Shown here piece by piece: positions 34,792-43,920 of a stretch of 64,000 nucleotides of DNA. The position numbers were made by a program, and so were the translations under genes. Where the stretch lies: the sequence record MT129654.1; one strand, 5' to 3'. The notes under the pieces were generated by a model. It was not told where the DNA came from, made no database searches, and saw only the letters and a program-made list of their open reading frames with translations. Every line of letters starts with the position of its first letter. Position 1 is the stretch's first letter. The DNA is from Escherichia phage MN04.

Positions 34792-34876
34792 TAATCTATT
34801 ATCCCAGCCAGTTATTGAATGGAACAGACCTAGGACCATTATACACTGGCTAGGACTTAAGCAATATAGGAATCCT

Positions 34877-35467
34877 ATGAACGGTTTATTTAACCAAACT
34901 AACACTACCAACTTTATCTTAGAGGTTAGTGACTCAGGAATGACGCAGTCATTCAAATTGAACGTACAAGATGTAACACTACCAGGTATCCATATTCCGG
35001 TCTCAGACGTCCCAGGATCGACCCAAGGTATAAACCGTGCTAAACTGCCAGGTTCTACTGTAGAATTCGACCCTTTGATTGTGAACTTTCTTGTAGACCG
35101 CGAATTGAAATCATGGCTGGACGTTTATAAATGGATGCTATCATTAAACAACTATGTAACACATGAATCCGAAGCCTGGCATCCTAAAGGTCAGCCTGAG
35201 GCTATCACCCTCCACATCCTTGATAACAACAAACAGAAAATCGTAATGAGCATTCATTACTACGGTGGTTGGCCATCAGACCTTTCCGAGATTCAGTACT
35301 CTTATAAAGAAGATTCCGACCCTGCGATAATCGCTACAGCAACATTCAACTTCAAATCGTTTGCTGTAGAAATAGATGGTACAATAGTTACAGGTCGTCC
35401 ACAAATTGATTCGTATGCCGAACAACGTGTGGCTCGTATGTCTATGCATCCATCTATGAGAAAATAA
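34877..35467 (+). CDS. gp3: Tail tube terminator / tail completion gp3
   Basis: ATG 34877 with AGGA RBS; track ORF 34739 is a run-on through the gp2 overlap. Confidence 0.65.
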   Translation: MNGLFNQTNTTNFILEVSDSGMTQSFKLNVQDVTLPGIHIPVSDVPGSTQGINRAKLPGSTVEFDPLIVNFLVDRELKSWLDVYKWMLSLNNYVTHESEAWHPKGQPEAITLHILDNNKQKIVMSIHYYGGWPSDLSEIQYSYKEDSDPAIIATATFNFKSFAVEIDGTIVTGRPQIDSYAEQRVARMSMHPSMRK

Positions 35468-36220
35468 TGAAACTAATATCAATTGTAGGAATCAAACGTA
35501 GCGGTAAGGATACCGTTGCTAACTATGTAATTGAGAATATGGATTCCGTAAAATTCCAACTCGCTGGTCCTATTAAAAAGTATCTGGCTGAAGCTTATGA
35601 ATACATATCTGATGACCCTGTATTCGACCGTAGCTATATGCCTAAACTTGATTTTAACTGTTTTGAAGGTATCGGTTACGACCGTGAAGAAATCCTTCCT
35701 TTAAAACCATATGATGTGGTTGATATTTTTGAACATGCTATTGTTAAACTGAATAATATCCTTCCTATTCCAGGAATTGATGTTCTTACCGCATATCATT
35801 ATGGTCTTACCCCGGTCCAGTATCTGTCTGAAGAAACAAAAGACCAGCTATTTGAAGTAATAAATAAAAATAACAATTGGTCAGTACGTCGTCTCATGCA
35901 GACCCTTGGGACTGATATTATTGTTAACCAATTTGATAAGATGTATTGGGTTAAGTTGTTCGCTTTAGACTATTTTGATAAAATATACTCTGATGCGAAA
36001 TACTATGTCGTACCTGATGTTCGTCAAACACATGAAATTGATTCGCTCAGAGCGATGGGTGCTACGATTATTCATGTAGTTCGCGCTGAAACCGGTCAAG
36101 TACAAGACTCGCACATCACTGAAGCGGGTCTACCAATTTTACCTGGTGACGTTGTTGTTGAAAATAACGGCACTCTTTCTGAACTATACACCACTATTGA
36201 TAAATTATTAGGAAATAAAA

Positions 36221-36228
<8 letters not shown>
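35467..36228 (+). CDS. gp1: Deoxynucleoside monophosphate kinase gp1
   Basis: 253 aa; P-loop 'GIKRSGKDT'; 'SVRRLMQTLGTDIIVNQFDKMYWVKLFALDY' matches T4 gp1. Confidence 0.85.
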
Positions 36229-37127
<899 letters not shown>

Positions 37128-37139
37128 TTTAAAAAAGAT

Positions 37140-37185
37140 GTTTACAAGGTCTATAGACATGATACTATAGACCTATCAAAACAAA
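37140..37185 (+). promoter_or_regulatory. Early promoter module
   Basis: GTTTACA, 17-bp spacer, TACTAT, conserved AGACCTATCAAAACA. Confidence 0.6.
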
Positions 37186-37208
37186 CCCAACCTAACGGAA
37201 ACAAAAAA

Positions 37209-37502
37209 ATGAAAACTTATCAAGAATTTATCAAAGAATCGACAGATTTGTATTCCATTAACAAAGCGGCTATGGCCGATATTAGTAGCGATATTAAAAG
37301 AGCCTTTGGCTCAGGTGATGTTGATAAGGCTCAGCAAATTACTATTACAGTAAATGGTAAACCTGTTAGTATAGCATTCAATACGGTTAAAAAGAAATAT
37401 TATATTAATCTTGGTGATGATATCCACTTTACAAAATATAAGACTTTTTCCGGTCTTACCAAAGATAAAGTAGTTTCTAAAATCAAAGAAATTACAAAAT
37501 AA
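37209..37502 (+). CDS. Internal-protein-like protein (ipI-locus) with capsid targeting sequence
   Basis: N-terminus MKTYQEFIKES; 97 aa; early promoter upstream. Confidence 0.65.
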   Translation: MKTYQEFIKESTDLYSINKAAMADISSDIKRAFGSGDVDKAQQITITVNGKPVSIAFNTVKKKYYINLGDDIHFTKYKTFSGLTKDKVVSKIKEITK

Positions 37503-37504
37503 TT

Positions 37505-37550
37505 GTTTACAACGGGCTTTAGTTGATGATACTATAGCCCTATCAAAACA
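37505..37550 (+). promoter_or_regulatory. Early promoter module
   Basis: GTTTACA ... GATACTATAGCCCTATCAAAACA. Confidence 0.6.
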
Positions 37551-37571
37551 AATGAGTGATTGGAGAATAAA

Positions 37572-37757
37572 ATGAAACGTTGTGAATTAATTAGAAATGT
37601 TACTGCACTGACCGCCGTTACTGCTTTTGGCTTTAGTATGTTTGCAGGATTCATGTTGGATTTGCTTACAACTTCCGAGAATACAATCTCTTTAGTAGTG
37701 GCATTCTTAATTGGTTCAATCTCTTTCGTTATGGATAAAATCTCTAAAGGTGAATAA
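37572..37757 (+). CDS. Small membrane protein (hypothetical)
   Basis: 61 aa from ATG 37572 (GGAG RBS); two hydrophobic helices. Confidence 0.45.
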   Translation: MKRCELIRNVTALTAVTAFGFSMFAGFMLDLLTTSENTISLVVAFLIGSISFVMDKISKGE

Positions 37758-38158
37758 TGAACGTTGAATATTATGTATATGCGGATTACGAAAATAATCC
37801 GTCTAAAGATGAAGATAATCGTTTAGGTGTTGATGCTTTTGAATCCCCTGCAGCAGCATGGCAATGGGTTGAAAGTACTGATATTCCTTACCGTTATATT
37901 GAAGTGGTAGACCATGCAGGAAACAAGTATCCTAAGGAAGCATATGTTCCTTCCGGAAAGGTAAATTTCCTTTTGTTTGCGGGTGATAATTATTATCCAC
38001 GCGGTGGGTATACTGATTTAATCGCTAAAGCCTTCTCTGAAGATGAACTGCACGATATCATTAAAGAAAACGAGAATAAGCCTCTTTACGGTTCTAATCG
38101 TTTTGGTTGGTGGCAGATTGTTAATGCCAATACCCACACTATTGTAGACGAGGGTTAA
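37757..38158 (+). CDS. Hypothetical protein
   Basis: 133 aa; ATG overlaps upstream stop (TAATG). Confidence 0.5.
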   Translation: MNVEYYVYADYENNPSKDEDNRLGVDAFESPAAAWQWVESTDIPYRYIEVVDHAGNKYPKEAYVPSGKVNFLLFAGDNYYPRGGYTDLIAKAFSEDELHDIIKENENKPLYGSNRFGWWQIVNANTHTIVDEG

Positions 38159-38449
38159 ATGTTATACGTTAAGGTTACTAATCCAGAGAATGGCTATAAA
38201 TCCGATCAGGTTGCAGCTGAGTTGTTGATTCGAAATTACGGCAAAGATGCTGTGCTTGATGTTCAACAGGTTAATATTGGCCGTAGTTCAAGCGATGTTA
38301 AACTCAAAGTTAACGGCCATCGCTATAATTCTGTTAACTTTACTTTTTATACTGCAACTGAAAATGGATTGGTCGAATACGACATCTTTAAAAATCCTTT
38401 GAAGATTGCTTCTATTAAACTTGATTATATTAATATGTGGCCACAATGA
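38159..38449 (+). CDS. Hypothetical protein
   Basis: 96 aa; tight spacing to upstream stop. Confidence 0.5.
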   Translation: MLYVKVTNPENGYKSDQVAAELLIRNYGKDAVLDVQQVNIGRSSSDVKLKVNGHRYNSVNFTFYTATENGLVEYDIFKNPLKIASIKLDYINMWPQ

Positions 38450-38922
38450 ATATTAAATTCGGACAAGTTATTCCTAAAGGTTATGCGATTGAAATTGAAA
38501 CCTGGGAAAATGATGGCGATAACTATAAAACCCAGACTATATTTGGCGTAGAAGAACAAGAAATCCAACAGTACAAATATATCCTAGAACTTTTCCATGG
38601 TTCGCATTGCAACAACCCGGATAAATGCGGTAATTCGGAATGGGACGTAGTTAAGCATTTGGTTATTGCTCACATTGAATCCGGTGTAAAATCAGGCCAA
38701 TTGACTCCTGAATTTTTAGATAAAGTCCTCGGTATCCAAGACTTAGAAGCCTTGCTGAACGATGACGAAGAAGAATACTACTTGAATGAAGCCCTTACTG
38801 AGCTCCTTGGTATGGCTTGTGAATATGGTGGCGATTTTATCCGTGCAATTTCTTATGTCAAGCTGTATATCATTGAAGAAGAAATTAAAATCCCTGATGT
38901 GAAAGCACTTGATATGCTTTAA
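38446..38922 (+). CDS. Hypothetical acidic protein
   Basis: ATG 38446 overlapping upstream stop (ATGA); 158 aa. Confidence 0.5.
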   Translation: MNIKFGQVIPKGYAIEIETWENDGDNYKTQTIFGVEEQEIQQYKYILELFHGSHCNNPDKCGNSEWDVVKHLVIAHIESGVKSGQLTPEFLDKVLGIQDLEALLNDDEEEYYLNEALTELLGMACEYGGDFIRAISYVKLYIIEEEIKIPDVKALDML

Positions 38923-39051
38923 GAATTATGTGATATTATTACTCTATCATTAATACCCTCTATTACCAAAGGTTCTTCCCTCAAAGAGCCTTTCATAATA
39001 GACAAGGTCTATTAATCAAACTTACTTTACTTAATTTTATTTGAGGTGTTT

Positions 39052-39318
39052 ATGTTAGTATTAAAATTAGCTTTTTATGACCCAGAAACCAAGACAACAA
39101 CTACTAAACGTTGTTCTATTTCATATGAATGCCAATTTGGCGAAGTTGAGACCGACGGCGAGCCCTTTATGGCAATTGCCGATAGCACATTCGCTAAACC
39201 AAAAATAATTCCACTAGTTAACGCTGCGGCTTATCTGGTTGCTCCTGAAGAAATGACTTATCATACAATTCAGCACATGGCTAAAGACGATAATGCTCCT
39301 GCTGGATTTGTAATTTAA
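39052..39318 (+). CDS. Hypothetical protein
   Basis: ATG 39052 with GAGGTG RBS (track start 39046 is GTG); ends 5 nt before first tRNA. Confidence 0.45.
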   Translation: MLVLKLAFYDPETKTTTTKRCSISYECQFGEVETDGEPFMAIADSTFAKPKIIPLVNAAAYLVAPEEMTYHTIQHMAKDDNAPAGFVI

Positions 39319-39323
39319 ATTAA

Positions 39324-39397
39324 GGCCCTGTAGCTGGACGGTCAAGCGAGCGACTCATAATCGCTGGATGGTGGTTCGATTCCACCCAGGGCCACCA
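39324..39397 (+). tRNA. tRNA-Met (anticodon CAU; could be Ile2 if lysidine-modified)
   Basis: Perfect 7-bp acceptor stem, anticodon stem AGCGA/TCGCT with loop CTCATAA, T-arm GGTGG-TTCGATT-CCACC, encoded CCA. Confidence 0.8.
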
Positions 39398-39401
39398 ATT
39401 T

Positions 39402-39476
39402 GGATGTGTAGCTCAGTGGTAGAGCAGTTGACTGTTAATCAATTGGTCCATGGTTCGAATCCATGCATGTCCGCCA
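39402..39476 (+). tRNA. tRNA-Asn (anticodon GUU)
   Basis: Cloverleaf: D-arm GCTC/GAGC, anticodon loop CTGTTAA, T-arm CATGG-TTCGAAT-CCATG, acceptor with two G-U pairs, CCA. Confidence 0.75.
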
Positions 39477-39480
39477 AATA

Positions 39481-39556
39481 CGAGGCATAGCTCAGAAGGA
39501 AGAGCAACGGTCTTCTAAACCGTAGGTCGTAGGTTCGATCCCTACTGTCTCGACCA
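39481..39556 (+). tRNA. tRNA-Arg (anticodon UCU)
   Basis: Cloverleaf: D-arm GCTC/GAGC, anticodon stem ACGGT/ACCGT loop CTTCTAA, T-arm GTAGG-TTCGATC-CCTAC, CCA. Confidence 0.85.
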
Positions 39557-39840
39557 AACAAGAAACCGGGTCGCTACCGGTAAGCCGTCGGACTGATGTT
39601 CCCTGAGTAAGGACTGACATTAACAAATCTTTACGATCTGTTAACGTCCCCTTACATCACAGCAGAAACGGCGCACCGAATTATCGATTCGAGGAAATAT
39701 CTTTGCCGTAAGCCGAGTAGCGTTTTTGACGGAACGTTCGGATATGGTCGAGATATGGCCTTTTAAAAATATTGAGTAGCGTCAACTACTTAATAACCGG
39801 GTTCGAATCCTGGCGTTTCGTACAAACACTTGCCTAGCAG
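39557..39840 (+). ncRNA. Candidate small stable RNA(s) or degenerate tRNA-like element after the tRNA cluster
   Basis: No ORF; tRNA-like T-arm (CCGGG-TTCGAAT-CCTGG) and 7-bp acceptor pairing 39730-36 with 39814-20; internal repeats CGGTAAGCCG and GAGTAGCG. Confidence 0.3.
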
Positions 39841-39872
39841 GTGGAACCCCGACAAGGTTACCCTAGGTTAAA

Positions 39873-39909
39873 GGCCCTTCCGAAAGGTTGGGCCTTTTTT
39901 GTATAAATA
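39873..39909 (+). repeat. Terminator hairpin plus late promoter cassette, copy 1
   Basis: GGCCCTTCCGAAAGGTTGGGCC, T-run, then GTATAAATA; near-identical copy at 40496. Confidence 0.7.
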
Positions 39910-39935
39910 TACAGTAAACTAACTTAGGAAATAAT

Positions 39936-40490
39936 ATGAAACTTTTAAAATATTTGAGTTGGATTCTGTTGGTCCCACTAGATTTTATCTCTATGGTTCT
40001 AGCCGTTATCCTTGCGCCTTTTGTGGTTCCTTTCCACAATAAAAAGACTGGTAAATTGCCGTACGGTTTTGATTGGATGATGACATACGATAATCCAATT
40101 GACGGTGACAAAGGTCATATTAAACGTTGGGCTAAAATCAGGAAAATGCCTGGCGGTGTTTATCTCCAGAGGGTAGCTTGGCTATGGCGAAATAAAGCTT
40201 ATAACTTTGCTTACCATAAACTCGGTCGCGATTGTAGCTCAGAATTCCATTATCGTGGTAATCCTGATGTGGAATCAGGTTCTCCTGATAAAGCTCACCA
40301 TGGTTGGTTGTGGATGTGGAATGATGACGCCTGGGGTGTATTTGCTTCAGTTCCTTATCTTAAGGTCGGTGGAATCACATTTTACCTTCGCGTGTACTGT
40401 GGCTGGAAGCTTAAGAGTCTTTTGTCTCGTAAAATCCCTAAAGCTATGTTAGCCTTCCACGTGAACCCGTTCCGGTTCTACAAGAACTGA
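39936..40490 (+). CDS. Membrane-anchored hypothetical protein (late-promoter driven)
   Basis: 184 aa; N-terminal TM helix (LSWILLVPLDFISMVLAVILAPFVVPF); Trp-rich; AGGAA RBS. Confidence 0.55.
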   Translation: MKLLKYLSWILLVPLDFISMVLAVILAPFVVPFHNKKTGKLPYGFDWMMTYDNPIDGDKGHIKRWAKIRKMPGGVYLQRVAWLWRNKAYNFAYHKLGRDCSSEFHYRGNPDVESGSPDKAHHGWLWMWNDDAWGVFASVPYLKVGGITFYLRVYCGWKLKSLLSRKIPKAMLAFHVNPFRFYKN

Positions 40491-40495
40491 TTTAC

Positions 40496-40531
40496 GGCCC
40501 TTCCGAAAGGTTGGGCCTTTTTGTATAAATA
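40496..40531 (+). repeat. Terminator hairpin plus late promoter cassette, copy 2
   Basis: Same 36-bp sequence as 39873-39909 with one fewer T. Confidence 0.7.
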
Positions 40532-40559
40532 GATAAGTTAATTAACACAGGAAACAATA

Positions 40560-41177
40560 ATGAAAACTTACAATGAATTTTTGAACGAAAGCGTTCTGAC
40601 TGAAGCCAGCGTGCGCATGACTAAAGATATGTGGCAAGCTGCTTATGATAAAATTTCCGGGACTAAAACCACTACCGAGTTCTTTAAAAACGTTTATGAT
40701 ATGTATGGTTTTGATACTAGTAGCCAGAAAGAATATTACAAAGCTTCCAAAGCTTTTAAAGATATCGTAGCCGGTGGCGCTACTAAGCCTGCTAAACCAG
40801 CTAAAGCTCCTGTTTCTAAACCCGTGGCTCAGACCAAAGTTGCAGCACCGAAACCGACACCTAAAGCAGAGCCTGTAAAAGAAGCTCCTAAACCTAAAAT
40901 CAAGTTCGACACCAGCACTATTGTTAAAAAATATAACCAGCTGGCTTCTTTGGTTTCTGAAATCGAATCCGAAACTAAACAACTCGTTCGAGAATTCAAC
41001 GCCCTTCGTAATGGGCAGCACATTAACAACCTGGATACCCCAGACCTCTATCGTCTTTACCTGACGGTTGAAGGCCTTAAGTATACCCAGCCTATGCACG
41101 AAGAAATTGATAACAAACTTCGTCAAGCCCGCCGCCTTGCAGGTGACGCAGCACAGTTCGAAAAGACCCGTAAATAA
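40560..41177 (+). CDS. Internal-protein-like protein with capsid targeting sequence and Pro/Ala/Lys-rich linker
   Basis: N-terminus MKTYNEFLNES; 'KPAKPAKAPVSKPVAQTKVAAPKPTPKAEPVKEAPKPK' linker; late promoter upstream. Confidence 0.65.
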   Translation: MKTYNEFLNESVLTEASVRMTKDMWQAAYDKISGTKTTTEFFKNVYDMYGFDTSSQKEYYKASKAFKDIVAGGATKPAKPAKAPVSKPVAQTKVAAPKPTPKAEPVKEAPKPKIKFDTSTIVKKYNQLASLVSEIESETKQLVREFNALRNGQHINNLDTPDLYRLYLTVEGLKYTQPMHEEIDNKLRQARRLAGDAAQFEKTRK

Positions 41178-41180
41178 TGA

Positions 41181-41203
41181 AAGGAGACTTTGGTCTCCTT
41201 TTA
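41181..41203 (+). terminator. Rho-independent terminator (AAGGAGAC-TTTG-GTCTCCTT then T-run)
   Basis: 8-bp stem plus T-run right after stop at 41177. Confidence 0.6.
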
Positions 41204-41236
41204 GGGGGTTTAAACTAAAAATAATTTCACAAAGTT

Positions 41237-41280
41237 GTTTACACCTCCTTTAAATATGATACTATAGACCTATCAAAACA
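41237..41280 (+). promoter_or_regulatory. Early promoter module
   Basis: GTTTACA ... ATGATACTATAGACCTATCAAAACA. Confidence 0.6.
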
Positions 41281-41300
41281 ACAGTGTGAAGGAGAGTAAA

Positions 41301-41564
41301 ATGGATAATTATGGTGAATTGTTTAATTTCTTTATGAAATGCGTTCCTGAAGAATTTGGTGCTACTGTTAACGATATTAAGGTTATCGGTCCTGAACACC
41401 CAGTGTATGAAACCTATGCAGTAATGGGTAACGAAGATGGACAGTGGTATACAATTAAAGTTGTGATTAATATGTTCTCAGCTGAAGGCTACGCCAAAAC
41501 GTCTACCAAAGTTTACCATGATAACGATTTTGATGCAGAAGATTATTTCAATAATATGAAATAA
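41301..41564 (+). CDS. Hypothetical protein
   Basis: ATG 41301 with GGAG RBS (track 41286 is GTG extension); 87 aa. Confidence 0.5.
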   Translation: MDNYGELFNFFMKCVPEEFGATVNDIKVIGPEHPVYETYAVMGNEDGQWYTIKVVINMFSAEGYAKTSTKVYHDNDFDAEDYFNNMK

Positions 41565-41566
41565 TT

Positions 41567-41596
41567 GTTTACATGGGCCCATGATTGAGATATTAT
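41567..41596 (+). promoter_or_regulatory. Early promoter candidate (GTTTACA ... TATTAT)
   Basis: GTTTACA, 18-bp spacer, TATTAT; GGGCCC-containing inverted repeat spans -10. Confidence 0.45.
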
Positions 41597-41621
41597 GAGC
41601 CCATAATTTGAGGAGAGCATA

Positions 41622-42020
41622 ATGAATATCGAAGATAAAGAAATGCAAGAGTTATATAATTCATTAACACCTGAACAACAAAAAGCTGCCAAAGAATTAG
41701 AGAAAGCTCTTGCTTTCAACTTGGCAAAAACCGATTGGGCCGCCATGTATGAAGAAAAAAGGAGATCGGAAATTGAAGCTGCCGAGAGAAATGAATGGAT
41801 TGTAGAAACCAAGATTTCTGATGGTGGTTGCTCTGTTGAGGTGTCAGCTGTGGTTAAAGGTAGTCATGGCGAAAAATCACTAGGTTGGCATAATGAGGCA
41901 AACAAATATATTGTTCTCTCAACGTCAAAAACTTATGGTCAAAAGGTTCCTGTATCCAAAGCTATTATTAAGCAAGCTCAATGGGAAGCCAATGAAATCT
42001 GCCTCACCAAAATGAAATAA
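41622..42020 (+). CDS. Hypothetical protein
   Basis: 132 aa; GAGGAG RBS. Confidence 0.5.
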   Translation: MNIEDKEMQELYNSLTPEQQKAAKELEKALAFNLAKTDWAAMYEEKRRSEIEAAERNEWIVETKISDGGCSVEVSAVVKGSHGEKSLGWHNEANKYIVLSTSKTYGQKVPVSKAIIKQAQWEANEICLTKMK

Positions 42021-42023
42021 AAT

Positions 42024-42053
42024 GTTTACAACCCTCAGAGGACGGGGTATAAT
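42024..42053 (+). promoter_or_regulatory. Early promoter (GTTTACA, 18 bp, TATAAT)
   Basis: Consensus hexamers; lies inside the N-terminal extension of track ORF 42022. Confidence 0.6.
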
Positions 42054-42096
42054 GTCCTCATGGATTACAAAATACCAACCGACTGAAGGAAATACT

Positions 42097-42690
42097 ATGA
42101 ATACTTTAAAGAAAATTGTTGAGTTCATCCGTTCTAAACTGGGTACCGCAATGACTCAGAACCTGTCAATCGAAGACCAGTATACTAAAGCTGCTTCTAC
42201 CCTGATTGATAAAATTACTGAACTCCAGACTGCTCATGTTAAGTCTGTGAATGAAGAAAAACGCATTCGTGCATTGGCAAATGAAAAAGACCAACTGGCT
42301 GCTTCTAAAGAACGTGAAATTCGTAAACTGATTGCCGAAGGCGCCGATGTTCAGGTACATGCTAAACTCGGCCTCCTTTATCGTCGTACAGCCACTCAAC
42401 TTCGTAAGAAAGCTGACGATTATATCGAAATGCGTAATGAAATTAAACTGAAGGTCAAGGAACTTGATGACTCTCGCCAGGAACTGGCTGTTAAGCTCGA
42501 GTACATCCGTGAAACTCGTAATATGGCTGCCCTTGGTATTGCTACTGCCGATGATGTGGTTGAAATCGCTGCACTGACTAAGATTGATATTGAAGACACT
42601 CTGATGCGTGTAGAAACGTTTAAAGGCCCACAAGTTGGAATGGATACGACTTCAGCTGATATCGAAGACTACATTAATTCACTTAAGTAA
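42097..42690 (+). CDS. Coiled-coil protein (possible PspA/IM30-like), hypothetical
   Basis: ATG 42097 with GAAGGA RBS, downstream of promoter; 197 aa, heptad-rich, charged. Confidence 0.5.
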   Translation: MNTLKKIVEFIRSKLGTAMTQNLSIEDQYTKAASTLIDKITELQTAHVKSVNEEKRIRALANEKDQLAASKEREIRKLIAEGADVQVHAKLGLLYRRTATQLRKKADDYIEMRNEIKLKVKELDDSRQELAVKLEYIRETRNMAALGIATADDVVEIAALTKIDIEDTLMRVETFKGPQVGMDTTSADIEDYINSLK

Positions 42691-42697
42691 TGTTACC

Positions 42698-42720
42698 CGG
42701 AGACTTCGGTCTCCCTATTT
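42698..42720 (+). terminator. Rho-independent terminator (GGAGAC-TTCG-GTCTCC)
   Basis: Stem-loop then TATTT, immediately after stop at 42690. Confidence 0.5.
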
Positions 42721-42738
42721 GGAGGAGAGGAGAATATT

Positions 42739-43284
42739 ATGAGTTTATATGATGACCTGATATCAAATGTTGGCTGGTTTAAAAATAGTGGTCTTTCCCA
42801 TGAAACTAATTCGGTTCTTTATAGAATTCGCCAAGACCTAGGTTATTCTAATGATTTCTTAAGTCGAACAAGTAGCAGCCGTGGATATACTACCAAATTA
42901 CCCTTTATCTTTGCTTTAGCTGAAGACCTTTCTTTTGCAGAAGCTTTAGAAATTATTGACGTAAATCTGGGTATTCAACGGGTGGAATTCGCTGGACTAC
43001 GTTATTCAGTATACTCTTTAAATGAACCAAGCGATTATAAACAGCTTGTTGATGCTGATGATGATTATCACTTGGTATGCTATTTGATGTTAGAAAACGG
43101 TGACCACTTTGGTATGGTCGACCGCCGTCCGAGTTATTCGGATATAAAAAACTATGATAAAGATGAGCTTATTATTTTAGCCAACGAATACACATCAGAG
43201 AGTCGTAAACAGCAACGTAAACTTAATCGTTTTATTAAAGAATGCCGTGAATACGCTAAAGAGGTTCAAAATGGAGCGGCCTAG
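42739..43284 (+). CDS. Hypothetical protein
   Basis: 181 aa; GGAGGAGAGG RBS. Confidence 0.5.
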   Translation: MSLYDDLISNVGWFKNSGLSHETNSVLYRIRQDLGYSNDFLSRTSSSRGYTTKLPFIFALAEDLSFAEALEIIDVNLGIQRVEFAGLRYSVYSLNEPSDYKQLVDADDDYHLVCYLMLENGDHFGMVDRRPSYSDIKNYDKDELIILANEYTSESRKQQRKLNRFIKECREYAKEVQNGAA

Positions 43285-43624
43285 TCTTGCATCACATGTT
43301 TATCAATTGGCTGAATATAATATTGGTGACAATTTATTATTAGGGATTGCCACCGGTATGCTTGGTGGTTTGGTTGGTCTGGTAATGACCACGGTTATGG
43401 CTGCAATCGAAGGAGTCATGCCCGTTGAGATGGGTTTCTATATGATAATCGCTCCGGCTGTCGTGGCTTATTTTATCCCTCTCGTGTATGATATTTGCCA
43501 TACAAATGCTTTGAATGCTCCCATCCGTAAGAGATATGCTTTAGAGATGGCTAATTATAATGAGTATGTAAAACAAACCAAACGTAATGACCTTGAAACC
43601 TTTATTAAGGAATGTAAATCATGA
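43271..43624 (+). CDS. Small membrane protein (hypothetical)
   Basis: ATG 43271; two or three TM helices (LLLGIATGMLGGLVGLVMTTVMAAI...). Confidence 0.45.
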   Translation: MERPSLASHVYQLAEYNIGDNLLLGIATGMLGGLVGLVMTTVMAAIEGVMPVEMGFYMIIAPAVVAYFIPLVYDICHTNALNAPIRKRYALEMANYNEYVKQTKRNDLETFIKECKS

Positions 43625-43911
43625 ATAAAATTGAAATTGAAATCCCTGAATACAACGACGAGAAATCTGCAGAAAAAGCTATCTATGCTCTTCTGAATAA
43701 AGTAGATACCATCGAACATGAATGTGAAGCTATTGCCGATAAGTACGGTATTCAATTCGGAACAGGTGATTATGGCTCAGGACGTACATACTACCCCGTT
43801 GGTTATGAATGCTCACAGTGGTTTAAAGATGAAATTGAAAACAATGGTGGTGAAGTTGAAAATGGCGTCGTTACAGTTGGTGCCTGGGTCTCCTCTTCAG
43901 CATTATGCTAA
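43621..43911 (+). CDS. Member 1 of tandem small-protein family with W-V-S-S-S-x-x-C C-terminus
   Basis: 96 aa ending ...GAWVSSSALC; ATGA overlap with upstream gene. Confidence 0.55.
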   Translation: MNKIEIEIPEYNDEKSAEKAIYALLNKVDTIEHECEAIADKYGIQFGTGDYGSGRTYYPVGYECSQWFKDEIENNGGEVENGVVTVGAWVSSSALC

Positions 43912-43920
43912 GGAAACGCT

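Noticed and set aside
34739-34876. N-terminal extension of gp3 in the ORF track (start 34739)
   Set aside because: Extension overlaps the gp2 3' end; internal ATG 34877 has an RBS and gives a product close to the T4 gp3 size
39730-39821. Possible fourth tRNA
   Set aside because: Has acceptor and T-arm-like pairing but the span is about 92 nt, with no canonical D-arm or 7-nt anticodon loop; reported instead as a tRNA-like ncRNA candidate
40542-41126. 194-aa minus-strand ORF overlapping the plus-strand CTS gene
   Set aside because: Overlaps a gene with promoter, RBS and conserved N-terminus; Phe/Arg-rich low-complexity product; no late or early promoter on minus strand
42022-42096. N-terminal extensions of track ORFs (also 52148, 60437, 57085, 46895, 48624, 41286, 37560)
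   Set aside because: Extensions start at GTG/TTG or at ATGs lying inside or upstream of the promoter -10 region; the downstream ATG with Shine-Dalgarno after the promoter is the likelier start
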